A stretch of 64,000 bases of DNA from Octopus vulgaris (lineage: Eukaryota): the NCBI GenBank assembly GCA_951406725.2, contig OX597827.1:66836001-66900000 (forward strand), given 5' to 3'. The position numbers were made by a program, and so were the translations under genes. The notes below the pieces were generated by a model. The model ran no database searches, was not told where the DNA came from, and worked only from the letters and a program-made list of their open reading frames with translations. Shown piece after piece: positions 40,078 to 53,286 of the stretch; the stretch's first letter is position 1; the number at the start of each line of letters is the position of its first letter.

Positions 40078-40448
40078 CTAGCAGTATCGCCCGGCGTTGC
40101 TCAGGTTTGTAAGGGAAATAACTGTAAAGCATTTTTAGAGAGTTATAGCCAAAAAATGGAAAAAAATGATGGTAAATTTTTTTGGAGAGTAAAAAAGGTG
40201 GAGTTGCGTCCCCTAGACAGTTTGCGGTTTGTGTTTCTGATTCTCGACCCCATGTCGAATTTATCGATTTTTTCAGAACTGTGGGAACTTTTCAAAATTT
40301 TCGCTGCGTTAGTTTTGAATTATGACATTGGGCTATGTGTGTGTCAAGTTTCATCAGAATCGGTTGAAAGCCGTGGTCAGGGTGAGGGTACAAGCAAACA
40401 GACACACAGAAGCACGCACAGACAAACTGCCGTTTATATAGAGAGAGA
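40078..40448 (-). mobile_element. Short non-autonomous Helitron (Lep1-like architecture)
   Basis: Plus strand a|ctagcagtatcgcccggcgttgctcagg similar to the 10475 terminus; other end A|TCTCTCTCTATATAAAC on the minus strand with a gtctgt-like tract; internal aagtttcatcagaatcggtt. Confidence 0.75.
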
Positions 40449-41528
40449 TATAAGTCTCTGTGTTCATGTGAGCTTGGATATGTGTGTATGATCGTGTGCG
40501 TGTATGATTTATTACTTGTAGCAATTATATTTATATACATTTTTCCAATATCTATGAATGTGAGTGTAGTCGTGTGCATATACGTGTGAGCTAATGTCTT
40601 ATGTATATTAATTTATACAAATATCTATAAGTAACCGTGAAATGCTTTATTAATAATGGTTGCTGGGTTTAGAAGTTCGCTTCGGCATGTTATATACACA
40701 CATACGATCAAACTGCATGCAAATTTTCGTAGACATTTTGGATCGTAGTTTCGGGGCTTATCTGCCCTTGCGACTTGAATTACATGGAAAGGTGGTTGGA
40801 GTATTGGAGTAACATTCATTTCTTAAACTACTGACACAGCTCCATTTTGCTTAAAACTTTTTACAGGCGTATATCACTCAAAGGCACTCAAAGATCAGAG
40901 AAGACGATCGTGACGTACGCCCACGAGACTTTAAGTAATGAGGAGTTACTATGATATATTTGTGTATGACTTAGTGTGTGTGTGTGACTGTGGGTGCATA
41001 CACAGGGCATTCATGCTAATTTTAATGAGTTTTTATGCATTCTTTCTTCATAAACATGTACGTTCCTGTGTGATTGTAAGTGTATGAGTGTAGCTATAAG
41101 ACTATATATATATATAAGTCTCTGTGTTTGTGTGAGCTTGTATATGTGTGTATGCTCATGTGCGTGTATGATTTATTACTTGTAGCAATTAATAGTAATT
41201 CTTGAGTCTTGAGACTTGTAAGTCACTGATACAAGCATTGCGTGAGACGTTCGGCTCTCGAGTAAATTTAAGAATATTACCAATAAAAATAATGGGTTGC
41301 GAAAAGATTTTGGACTGTAAGTAGAAGAAGTCTAGCTCTAGGATACGAATACGTATCTCCTGTAGATACGGTAGGGGCAGCCTTCGACTATTCCTACCCA
41401 AAGGGGGTTTGCAGCTCAGTATTTTTATGCTAATACTTTTAACATTATGTATGGTTCGCGATGTATAATTCCAAAAGAGAATTGTTTCACAGAGTCACAA
41501 AAGTTTATAAGTTATTATGATGTCAACA

Positions 41529-41576
<48 letters not shown>

Positions 41577-41656
41577 ATACATATAAATGTACGCCTATAT
41601 AATATACTATATATATATATATAATACATAATATAATATATTATATATCTATATAT

Positions 41657-41878
41657 TCTTTTATTCTTTTAGTTGCTTTAGTCATTTAACAGAGGCCATG
41701 CAGGAGCATCGCTTTTTTAGTGAAACAAATCAATCCCAGGGCTTATTCATTTTAAGATTAGTACTTATTTTATCGGCCTCTTTTGCCGAATTGTTAGGTT
41801 GCGTTGACGAAAATATACCTACGCTCGTTGTCAAGAAATGATGGCGCAACAAACAGAGGGACGAACACAAACAGATAC

Positions 41879-41948
<70 letters not shown>

Positions 41949-42031
41949 GGATGGACTTCTTTCAGTTTCCGTCTGCCAAATCTACTAACAAGGCTTCGGT
42001 TGGACCGAGGCTACAATAAAAAGCACTTGCT
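41657..42031 (-). mobile_element. SINE family B, 5'-truncated and diverged
   Basis: Tail and body homology; head replaced by an (ATT)n array. Confidence 0.8.
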
Positions 42032-42035
42032 CACG

Positions 42036-42184
42036 GTTATTATTATTATTATTGTTATTATTATTATTATTATTATTTGTATAATAATAATGATGATGAT
42101 GATGATGATGATTGTTATTATTATTATTATCATCATCATCATCATCATTATTATTATTATTATTATCATCATCATCATCAACAA

Positions 42185-42227
<43 letters not shown>

Positions 42228-42280
42228 GTCATCATCATCATCATTATTATTATTATTATCATCATCATCATCATCAACAA

Positions 42281-42323
<43 letters not shown>

Positions 42324-42363
42324 GTCATCATCATCATCATCATCGTCATCATCATCATCATCA

Positions 42364-42406
<43 letters not shown>

Positions 42407-42444
42407 CAACATTCTTATTCTTATTCTTATTCTTCTTCTTCTTC

Positions 42445-42479
<35 letters not shown>
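42036..42479. repeat. Compound (ATT)/(ATC)/(CTT) microsatellite
   Basis: Direct reading. Confidence 0.95.
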
Positions 42480-42630
42480 GAGTGAAAGAGCAGCGCAAAC
42501 CATCAAAATGACACTAAGGTAAAATATAAGAAGCCCGGTATAACCATGACTACTCGTCTAATAAGGGTACAGCAGGCACATGCAGCATAACCATGTGTGC
42601 GCCACATGGTGATCTGATTTCATGATAAGC
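42480..42630 (-). mobile_element. Family D element, truncated
   Basis: gagtgaaagagcagcgcaaaccatcaaaatgacac...taagggtacagcaggcacatgca homologous to 19209-19360. Confidence 0.75.
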
Positions 42631-42684
42631 ACAAAAACTTTCAGGAATTGTGCCTATAGTAGAAATGTTTTTCATTATTATTTA

Positions 42685-43082
42685 AGATGTTGCACACCAT
42701 CCAATACCTTGGTGTGGTTGAGTGAAGATATTGTGTCTATCGGGGTTTTGTACTGTCAGTAAAATCACAACAACCACCTCAGATGTACAGTAATTTACGC
42801 AATATGCGTTCAGTTCCAAGTAATGCCAATTGTTGCAATCAACTAAATTGTAGGGTGCTTCTAAAGTGTCCAAATGCTTCTACAGGTTGTGTGGTTTTGT
42901 ATTCCCAATGCTTCAATGAGAATAGGAACAACCTTTAAGTTTGACTCTCGTAGATGCTTCGTGATCTCAATTCTCAGTTTTTCCATATTCATCGATCTTT
43001 TTCTCTTTCTTTCATGATAATATATTGATCTCCTGGCACTGCCACTTCGATCAGTAGGCACTCTTGTTTGTACATCCACTAA
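42685..43082 (-). mobile_element. R4/Dong-like (RLE) LINE C-terminal fragment
   Basis: Frameshifted translation ECLLIEVAVPGD..IMKEREK / LRIEIT..LKVVPILIEALG / ALLGTERILRKLL. Confidence 0.7.
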
Positions 43083-43148
43083 AGGTTGCTATGCCTGGCC
43101 TTCGGTGCTCTAACACCTGGTATATCAGGAAGTCAAAGTCCTAGAGGA

Positions 43149-43197
<49 letters not shown>

Positions 43198-43239
43198 GTT
43201 GTTGTTGTTGTTGTTGTTGTTGTTATTCTTGCTGTTGTT

Positions 43240-43440
43240 TTATTTCTCAGAACCTTCGGCCTTGTTTGTTCTCGTAGATTCTAGCAGAGCGAACAGTAGC
43301 CTTCCGTCAGATATTTCACGGGGTCTCTTTCAACACATCATGAGCTCTGATACTTGGTTTGTAAATACTGTTTTCCACATTCAGCATCCAAATACCAATC
43401 TCAGAGTCCTAGCTGTCCCGAGCGTTCTAGCTGAGACTCA
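43240..43440 (-). mobile_element. RLE-LINE extreme 3' end with (AAC)(AAT)n tail
   Basis: LGTARTLRLVFGC* followed by UTR and the microsatellite at 43151-43230. Confidence 0.5.
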
Positions 43441-44195
43441 CTACTCAATATTTACTTTAAAGTAAACCACATTAACTAGGACCACATTATCAAATTCATC
43501 CATCTTATTGGGTTCCTGTTCACACAGTGCAAGCAATCAAGTAGTGATTCCCTCTGCAAGGCCTCTTATATAACCTTTCGCGTTCTGGATCCCCCAAGAT
43601 GGATCTGATAGAAAAGACACAGAAAAGAAAATCTTTATGAAGCCGAGACCATTCTCCTAATTTAAATCAGTAGGATATGATTCACAAGATCAATAAGGGC
43701 ATATGTTTCGCTTTGTCAAACATCCTTCGAAGATTACAGTACATCTATAGGTGCAAATATTTAGAATCAGATTATTATGCCTAACTGACGATAGTGAATT
43801 ATTCATTAATATTGACAATATTTTTCGCTTTTATGTATATTGTTCATTTTATTTTATCCGCGATCAACAGAGTTGACGAAGACCAAAGATCAAAAGAGAC
43901 AAAATAACTGGAGTGCAATTTGTAATATATGTGGACACAAAAAATTTATTATTCTGCACAAATGTATTCGCCATAATGTAAATAAAAATACAGGATGTTT
44001 GCTTGTCTTTCTTTCTTTGTATATTAAATGAGCTACGAAATTAGAATCGAATGTATTTATGCAAACGTCAACATATACATAGATGTATATACGTAATACA
44101 TATATATACATATGCACATATATATATATATGTGTGTGTGTCTCTATGTGTATATATATATAGATTTATATATATACACACACATACATACACAC

Positions 44196-44229
<34 letters not shown>

Positions 44230-44240
44230 ATAGATACACA

Positions 44241-44284
<44 letters not shown>

Positions 44285-44291
44285 TATATAA

Positions 44292-44348
<57 letters not shown>

Positions 44349-44426
44349 TATATATACAATATGAATATCTATTAATATATTACTATATAGATATACACGT
44401 GTGTGTGTATGTGTCTTGTAAGAAAT

Positions 44427-44486
44427 GTGGTGCTATTAAGTTAGACATAGCCTGGACCAATCTTTGGTCGAAAGATATTTAAGTTT
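44427..44486 (+). mobile_element. 60-bp 3' end of the CR1-like LINE
   Basis: gtggtgctattaagttagacatagcctggaccaatctttggtcgaaa matches 48592-48650. Confidence 0.85.
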
Positions 44487-45221
44487 ATATATATATACAT
44501 GTAGATAGTGGGAAATTGTTTATGATCATGCGATAGTATGTTCGATTACCGGACAGGCTGTGTGTTGTGTTCTTCATTTCTCGTTACTCTATTTTCTCCA
44601 GGACTAGGAATGCGACGACACTGGTTCAAATCTGTATCGGCCTCTGCCTTACCTTTGGATAGTATTAGTGGCGTGGAGACTGGAGCTTGTATGGATGAAC
44701 AACTGCTGGTCTTCCATAAACAACCTTGTCCAGACTTCTGCCTCGGAGGCTACATTTTTAGGGGCAATCCCATGGTCATTTATGACACAAGGTTGTCTTC
44801 ACCTTTTGCCTTTATATGTATATATATATATGCAGATATATATAGAGACATATATCTGGAAATTCCTGGATCATCTCGATATTATTTTGGAGATGCGCTG
44901 TATTTAAGAAGGAAATTCAAGCGAAATGTATCAATGGATTTCAAAATAAAATAAAACAAAAACTACGAAATGTCTTTCTTGTCTTTAAACATCGGGTATA
45001 ACACGGTTCTCTGAGATTTATTCCAATGACAAACGTAAAGGAAAAACCTAAGTAAACACAGAGTCAAAATAAGAAAAACAGTTACCATTTTCGAGGTTTT
45101 ATTTCGAGATTTTTATATAGTTTTTATTGATGAGGTAATTTATTCTTCACTGTTTATTGATTTACGTGTTTATTTGTCCCCCTATTTATATTTTTTATTT
45201 GTGTATATATATATATAAAAG

Positions 45222-45286
<65 letters not shown>

Positions 45287-45644
45287 TTACGTATGCATTT
45301 ATGTATAATTATATATGTGTATATATATATGTGTGTATATACACATAAATATGTATGAATATATACACTTATACATATATATATATTAGCAACAAGAATG
45401 GATCGGTAATAAAAAAAATTCTGCAGCATATATATACATATGTATATATATATATATAAACATATATTAATGAATATATAAGGATATATATATATATTCC
45501 ACATATATATGTGGCTTTATGTGTACATGTATGCACATAGCTATCATTCTGTATATACTTACATATACATATATATATATATCCATGCATATACATGTGT
45601 ACATATATATATATATATACATTCATAGACATAAATATACATAC

Positions 45645-45698
<54 letters not shown>

Positions 45699-46099
45699 AT
45701 GTAAAGATTAATACACGTATATTTAAGTTGTGCTAGAGTGTGCATCTGATTTTACGTGTGTATGTGCCTATGGGTTTATGTGTACGTGTGTGTAAGTATG
45801 TAAGTGTGTGTTTGTGCGATCATGTGTGTTCGCGGGTGTATACATCGCGTGTGCTTTTGTAATTATGTAGCAGAATGTATGAACACATACTGTCGCACAA
45901 AGGTAGCTTCTTTGTAAATAATCTACGCATTGCCAAAGCACAACTCAAGAATGTGGTTTCTGGAAAGTTTTCAGTATTCATGTACATGCATATGTGCTGT
46001 TCCCAATATATTTACAATCTCGAGTATAAGGCATGTATCCATACCTCTACGTACTTATGTAGCTATATATGCGGGTCTGTTTATATACATTTCACACAC

Positions 46100-46131
<32 letters not shown>

Positions 46132-46349
46132 GTCAACATAGTTGTATGCACAGAAGTCTAAGCAGGCCTTTAAATGCAGCTCAGCTTTTATATGCAGATT
46201 CACGCACCTTGCGAATGTATGTTTACGTATCTCCATATCCCAATATATGGAAATGTCAGTTAACTCACGTTTATCTAGAGGTCTCTGTCTTCTTTCCTCT
46301 TTCTCTTCGCTCTCCCAGCTCTCTGTTTCTCTCTCCCTCTCCCGCTCTC

Positions 46350-46380
46350 TGTATAAATATATATACATATATATATATAC

Positions 46381-46444
<64 letters not shown>

Positions 46445-46575
46445 AGATATATATATGTATGTATATATATATATATGTATGTATAGATATATATATGTAT
46501 GTATAGATATATATATGTATGTATATATATATATATGTATATATATATATGTATGTATATATATATATATATATG

Positions 46576-46616
<41 letters not shown>

Positions 46617-46631
46617 GTATGTATATATATA

Positions 46632-46716
<85 letters not shown>
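46350..46716. repeat. Interrupted (TA)n array
   Basis: Direct reading. Confidence 0.95.
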
Positions 46717-46717
<1 letters not shown>

Positions 46718-47074
46718 CGCAACATGAAGTGATTGCGGATATATAGATTTCTGTGTGTGGATATACCGTTGGAGGGATTTTTTTTGTATAAAACGTAACG
46801 GAACCACTTGCCTGTCTTTGCATATATCTGCTTGTGCGTGTATGGGCGCGCGTTCGGTTGGGTGTTTGTTTATGCGTTCGCATCTTCTATTTCTTCGTTA
46901 GGATTATTACTCTGGTTATATTCGTATAGTTTTAGAATGACATAATATGAACACAGGTATCTGAGCCTGTGTCGAATTATACTTACAGACACACACGCAA
47001 AATTATTACAATTGCGTTGCCATTCTATATACATATATAAATATATATATGTATATATATATATACGTATATAA

Positions 47075-47127
<53 letters not shown>

Positions 47128-47133
47128 TAGTAG

Positions 47134-47228
<95 letters not shown>

Positions 47229-47275
47229 ATAGATTAATCCAGAGCGAAAGTGACTGATAGAGAGAAAAAGAGAGA

Positions 47276-47319
<44 letters not shown>

Positions 47320-47372
47320 GTGTGTGTATGTATGCATGTAAATATATATGTATGTGTATATATATATATCTG

Positions 47373-47423
<51 letters not shown>

Positions 47424-47472
47424 GTGTGTGTATGTATGTATATGTAAATATATATGTATGTGTATATATATA

Positions 47473-47543
<71 letters not shown>

Positions 47544-47560
47544 ATATAATTATATATATA

Positions 47561-48657
47561 AGTCCACTCAAACCCAGCAAAAGTCACCAGCGGTGTTCCC
47601 CAGGGAACTGTTTTGTGTCCGCTACTCTTCATAATTTATGTAAACGACTTTTCCAGTGTCGTACATCACTGCAAAGTGAAAATATTCGCTGATGACACTA
47701 AGCTCCAGCAAATCGTCAATGAAGAAGCAGACCGAACTCAACTCCAGTCTGACCTATATGCTGTGAGTCAATGGGCAGACAGAAACAAAATGCAACTGAA
47801 TGAGGGAAAATTTGAGCTGATGCATTTTGGAAGAAATTCCTCACTAAAACAACCATACTCTCTTCCTTCAGGGGAACCGCTCACAGCCTCTAACAATATC
47901 AGAGACCTGGGTGTAATTGTTGATGACGATCTCAGTTGGAGTGCACACATCAACAAGAAGGTCGATACAGCTCGTAGGATGAGTTCCTGGATCTTAAGAA
48001 CTTTCCGGTCCAGAGAACAAGGTATCATCATACCACTTTTTTCATCCTTTGTACGGCCACACCTTGAATACTGCTGCCCACTGTGGTCTCCTCACACAAG
48101 ACAAAACATCTCCAGAATTGAGTCACCCCAGAGGGCTCTCACTAAACAAATTGAAGGCATGGCTGCTCTCGATTATTGGGATCGCCTTAAAGCCTTGAAA
48201 CTTTACTCCCTCCAGCGTCGCCGTGAGCGGTACATCATTTGTACGATGTGGAAAATATACCGCCAACTTTGCCCAAACGACCTAAACATTAGCTTCAAGG
48301 TTCATCCGAGACTTGGACCACGGGCTATACGTCCCCTGCCAAATTCAAGATCACAACATACATGTACACTGCAACATAATTTCTTTTCCTCAACAGGCCC
48401 TGCCCTATTTAACATTGTCCCGAGGGAGATCAAAGAGGAAAAGGATCCCATCAACTTCAAACAGAGTCTGGATAGATTCCTTCAAAGAATACCAGATAAG
48501 CCACCCATAATTGGATACAACTCACCCAACAAGAACTCACTACTTGAACAAAACTTACTTGACTTAAACAGGATTCGAATAATCCTATCAGGTGGTGCTA
48601 TTAAGTTAGACATGGCCTGGACCAATCTCTGGTCGAAACATATCTAAGTCTAAGTTT
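47561..48657 (+). mobile_element. 5'-truncated CR1-group LINE inserted in (TA)n
   Basis: RT coding sequence bounded by (TA)n on both sides; 3' hairpin gacca-atctc-tggtc and (TCTAAG)2 tail. Confidence 0.92.
47562..48647 (+). CDS. LINE ORF2 C-terminal part (RT domains, thumb, C-terminus), no start codon
   Basis: [61 protein letters not shown]; uninterrupted frame. Confidence 0.92.
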   Translation, partial: VHSNPAKVTSGVPQGTVLCPLLFIIYVNDFSSVVHHCKVKIFADDTKLQQIVNEEADRTQLQSDLYAVSQWADRNKMQLNEGKFELMHFGRNSSLKQPYSLPSGEPLTASNNIRDLGVIVDDDLSWSAHINKKVDTARRMSSWILRTFRSREQGIIIPLFSSFVRPHLEYCCPLWSPHTRQNISRIESPQRALTKQIEGMAALDYWDRLKALKLYSLQRRRERYIICTMWKIYRQLCPNDLNISFKVHPRLGPRAIRPLPNSRSQHTCTLQHNFFSSTGPALFNIVPREIKEEKDPINFKQSLDRFLQRIPDKPPIIGYNSPNKNSLLEQNLLDLNRIRIILSGGAIKLDMAWTNLWSKHI

Positions 48658-48683
48658 TATATATATACATATATATATATATG

Positions 48684-48759
<76 letters not shown>

Positions 48760-48867
48760 GATAATAATCATGTGGCTGCCGAGAAATTGTATGTTGGGCA
48801 TAGAAAATTTGTGTAAAGCGCATTTATTGTTGTTGTTTTTTTATTCTTCTTCTTCTTCTTCTTCTTC

Positions 48868-48919
<52 letters not shown>

Positions 48920-48927
48920 CATTATTA

Positions 48928-48975
<48 letters not shown>

Positions 48976-49009
48976 TTATTATTGTTATTATTATTGTTAT
49001 TATTATTAT

Positions 49010-49830
49010 CTTCTCTTTATCACAGGCTCTGTTGGAGCTGCTGGGGTCTTGCATGCGTAGCAGGCTTACTACCTGCAGTCTACCGTATCATGCTAATCAC
49101 TCATTTCAGCTAACAATTTCTTATTATTCTGGACGTGCAAAGTAGGCAAAAACTTTTGTAACAGTTCTACTGGTCACTCTACTCCAATTTCCTTTACATT
49201 CCTCTTGATGACTTCTGATACTGTTCCTAAGAACCCAACAATAATTTGTGCTATCTTCACCATCTTCATTTTCCATAGCCGGGCTCTTTCGTACTCAAGT
49301 CAGTTGTATCTATTTTTTTGCCTTCTCGATTCTTCGTGAGTTAAAGTGGTATTCAATATCAACTATGTAGCATATGTGGTGTATCTTCTCCACCACCACT
49401 ACGTCCGGTCTGTTATGCTCTAGCATCCGATCTGTTTGGATCGGGAAATCCCAGAAGATTTTGCTAGTCTCCGACTCTCCCACTCTTTACGATTTCTGCC
49501 CATACCACTCTTGCTTCTCTGTAACCCAACTTTTCGCACAATTTCCAATGTTGCACTGTCGCTTCCTGGTCGGTTCGCTACAACTTGTAGTAGTTCTGGG
49601 CAAGTCTAGGGCATACGTTCGTGATACGGGAAATGGTTTCATCCACTATTGCAGATGCGGCACATCGGAGACACTTGCTTTGACCCATCGGAGACACTAA
49701 GTTTGACCCTCCAGTTTGTGGCCAAAGTTTGGTCTTTCGCTGTCAGTAAAGTTCTTTCGGTTTCCTTTTTATGTGGTTCCCTTCATCAGTCAACCTCACC
49801 TATACTTACCAGCAGCAACTGTTATCCCTA
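49010..49830 (-). mobile_element. R4/Dong-like (RLE) LINE 3' fragment, decayed
   Basis: Minus translation: CRIC zinc-knuckle remnant, HWKLCEK, KIFWDFPIQTDRMLEHNRPDVVVV..CYIVDI; 3' end runs into (TAA)n at 48868-49008. Confidence 0.85.
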
Positions 49831-49860
49831 TATGGAATTGATTTTGTAGTCTCTTCTTGC

Positions 49861-49931
<71 letters not shown>

Positions 49932-49944
49932 CAACAACAACAAC

Positions 49945-50118
49945 ACCGAAAAATACCTTAAGAATGAGAACCCAGGTTCGGAATTTCCCTAAGACACCTG
50001 ATGAAGGCTGGAGGGTATATCAGCCGAAACGTTGTGTTAATAAGAAAAAAAGATGGGGACAAATATCCGTCAAATGTAAATAATGTACATAATTCCTCAT
50101 CTCTTAAATACAGAAGTG
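49945..50118 (+). mobile_element. Short Penelope-like/retrozyme-like element
   Basis: About 170-bp island between (AAT)(AAC)n and (TA)n containing an intact hammerhead motif. Confidence 0.6.
49993..50038 (+). ncRNA. Minimal type I hammerhead ribozyme motif, canonical core
   Basis: gacac CTGATGA A GGCTG gagggtatat CAGCC GAAAC GTT gtgtt; palindromic AACGTT stem III. Confidence 0.75.
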
Positions 50119-50223
50119 TATATACGTGTATATATATATATATATATGTCTGTGTGTGTGTGTGTGTATGTGTGTGTGTGTGTGTGTGTATACATGTGTA
50201 TATATATCGATATAGATATACCA

Positions 50224-50368
50224 AGAATTTCATTGGCGACTCTAAGAATTTATGTCAGGTTAGGAGGCTATCTTGTCCCCCTCATCTGCTACGAAGGCTC
50301 ACGGGTCCGCTTGTATTTGTTTTGACCAGAGACAGACCTGCTGAAAAACGATGTTAATCATTTTCACA
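50224..50368 (+). repeat. About 145-bp repeat (second copy 55719-55863)
   Basis: agaatttcattg...gaccagagacagacctgctg.aaaacgatgttaatcattttcac present twice. Confidence 0.85.
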
Positions 50369-50502
50369 TTAATGTATATGTGTGGGTGGGTGTATGTGCG
50401 TGTATATATGTGCGAGTGTGTGAGTGCGCGTGTGCAAAGCAATCAGAAAAGGAATTTTTTTCTGCAAAAGCGGAATTCTTTGAAATGTTGCCGTTCACTG
50501 CA

Positions 50503-50741
50503 AACAACATCAGCAACAACAACAACAACACCAATAATAATAATAATAATAATAACAATAATAATAATAATAATAAAACTACTACTACTACTAATAATAA
50601 TAATAATAATAATAATAATATTAATAATAATAATGATGATGATGATGATAATAATAATAATATGATGATGATGAGGAGGAGGACGAGGAAGAGGAAAAAC
50701 AACGACAAAAAAACAAGAAAATTATGCACATGAACAACAAC

Positions 50742-50788
<47 letters not shown>

Positions 50789-50847
50789 TGATAATAATAG
50801 TAATGATGATAAGAATAATGATAATAATGATAATAATTATAATAATA

Positions 50848-50917
<70 letters not shown>

Positions 50918-50921
50918 TAAT

Positions 50922-50999
<78 letters not shown>

Positions 51000-51012
51000 A
51001 AGAAGAAGAATG

Positions 51013-51089
<77 letters not shown>
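50503..51089. repeat. (AAT)n-dominated compound microsatellite
   Basis: Direct reading. Confidence 0.95.
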
Positions 51090-51090
<1 letters not shown>

Positions 51091-51443
51091 TTGCCAATGT
51101 CGCACATCGGTTACATCAACTGCAAAACAAATAAAACTCAATTGCAACAATAAAACGAATTAGAAACAAGAATTCGCAGAGAATAACCAACAAAATACAA
51201 AACAAAACAAAAAGCATAAACACACCAAACAAAAAAAAATATACCCAAAAAAAACCAACAAAACATAAACAACCTCACCAACATCAATGAGAAAAAATTA
51301 GACAAAACAAAATGGAGTAACATTAAACTGTGATATATTTCCTTATTGGCCTCCGAGAAAGAAGCTCTACTTCTCTGCTACGTAGTTATTAATTCTTGTT
51401 AGTTTTGTTGTTGTTGTTGTCAGTGCTGTTGTTGTTGTTGTCG

Positions 51444-51607
51444 CTTTTCTACTTTTTCTTCTTCTTCTTCCTCCTGTTCTTTTTCTTCTTTTTCTTCTTC
51501 TTTTTCTTCTTTTTCTTCTTCTTCAACTTCTTCCTCTTTATTTTTCTTGTAACTTCTTTTACTACTTCTTCTCTTCTTCTTCCTGTTTATTCTTCTTCTA
51601 CCTTCTT

Positions 51608-51640
<33 letters not shown>

Positions 51641-51842
51641 CTTCTTCTTCTTCTTTTTCTTCTTCCTCATCCTCTTTATTCTTCTCCTTCTTCTTCTTTT
51701 TCTTCCTCTTCTTCTTCTTCTTCTTCTAACTTCTTCTTCTTCTAACTTCTTCTTCCTCTCCTTCTTCTTCTTCTCCTTCTTCTTCTTCTCCTTCTTCTTC
51801 TTCTTCTTCTTCTTCTTCTAACTTCTTCTTCTTCTTCTTCTA

Positions 51843-51880
<38 letters not shown>

Positions 51881-52016
51881 TACCTCTTCTTCTTCCTCTT
51901 CTTCTTCTTATTCTTCTTCTTCTCCTTCTTCTTCTCCTTCTTCTTTATTCTTCTTCTTTCTTCTTCTATATTCCTCTTCTTTCTTCTTCTATATTCTTCT
52001 TCTTTCTTCTTCTTCT
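51444..52016. repeat. (CTT)n polypyrimidine tract
   Basis: About 570 bp almost entirely C/T on the plus strand. Confidence 0.95.
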
Positions 52017-53225
52017 CGCTGTTGTTGCCGCTGCTGCTGCTTTTCTGCTTTGCTTCTTTTGTTACGTTTTTTTTTTTTACAGCCATTTACCACAATCATT
52101 TCATGTGGTTAGTTTTATATACACTTTGTCCTTTTTTATGTATAATTTTGTCTATCTTGTTCTTGTTGTTGTTGCTGTCGTAGCTCTAGTTTTTGTTGTT
52201 GTTGTTGTTGATAATGTTGTTTTGACTTAATTGGTACCGAAGACATTTCTTTTAGTATTCTTATTTATGTTTGTATGCATGTTTTTCTTCTTGTGTTTGT
52301 ATGTGTGTGTGTGTGTGTGTGTTGCTGTAATTTTGGTTGGTTGGTGGTTGGTTGTTGTTGTGGTTGTGATGGTGGTGGTGGTGGTGATGTTGGTGATGGT
52401 TGCGGTGGTGGTGGTGGTGGTGGTGGCAGCGACACATATTTACCGCTTCATCGGAAGAAGAAGAAGAAAAAAAACAAAAACAATCTTCGAATGTTAACCC
52501 TACAAGTATAGTATTGACGTCGTTCTCAGAAATAATTCCATTACTATACCAAGACTTAACGCGACCGTTAAATGTATTTAACACAAACATTATGTAAAAC
52601 AATACAAAAAAAAAATCGCGATTGAAAGAATCTGGTGATATAGCGAGGCACGTAAAGGAAAAAAAAACCTAACAAACAGAAAACACAGTTAACGAAATTC
52701 AATTATCAAAAACTGTCTTTTGAATCAAGCAAATGCATTACTGTGCTGTGATAGAATTTTGCTGCTGCCATTAAAACACACGAATACACAGCTATGCTGG
52801 TATGTACGTACACTATAATTATTTTATAATAATTATGTCTTGAAATTGCTCTTCTATATATCCCCAAACACTTTCTTTGGATATAGCTATCATGTGAAAC
52901 AAAACACATCGTATGTTTTCCTGTAGGAACTTCGTTACAGTACAGTGTTTAAAAGTTACACTATACAATTATCACTTTATCTCTTTCGTCTATTACTCTC
53001 AAGTTGCAGCGAAGTAAACGATAAAGCGTAGATATGTGTATATAGGTGTATACATACTTAGCCGTAATGTGTATGCAAACACACAAATTATGATTGCAAA
53101 CATGTGCCTGTTCATTCACAGGTCTCAGTATATAGGCCCACACAGGCATATATATCTACATAGATATATATATACATACACACACACATATATATATATA
53201 ACATATATGTGTATATATATACATA

Positions 53226-53286
<61 letters not shown>

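Noticed and set aside
42077-42481. Poly-His/Tyr ORF as a metal-binding protein
   Set aside because: Pure (ATC)/(ATT) repeat with no unique sequence or splice context.
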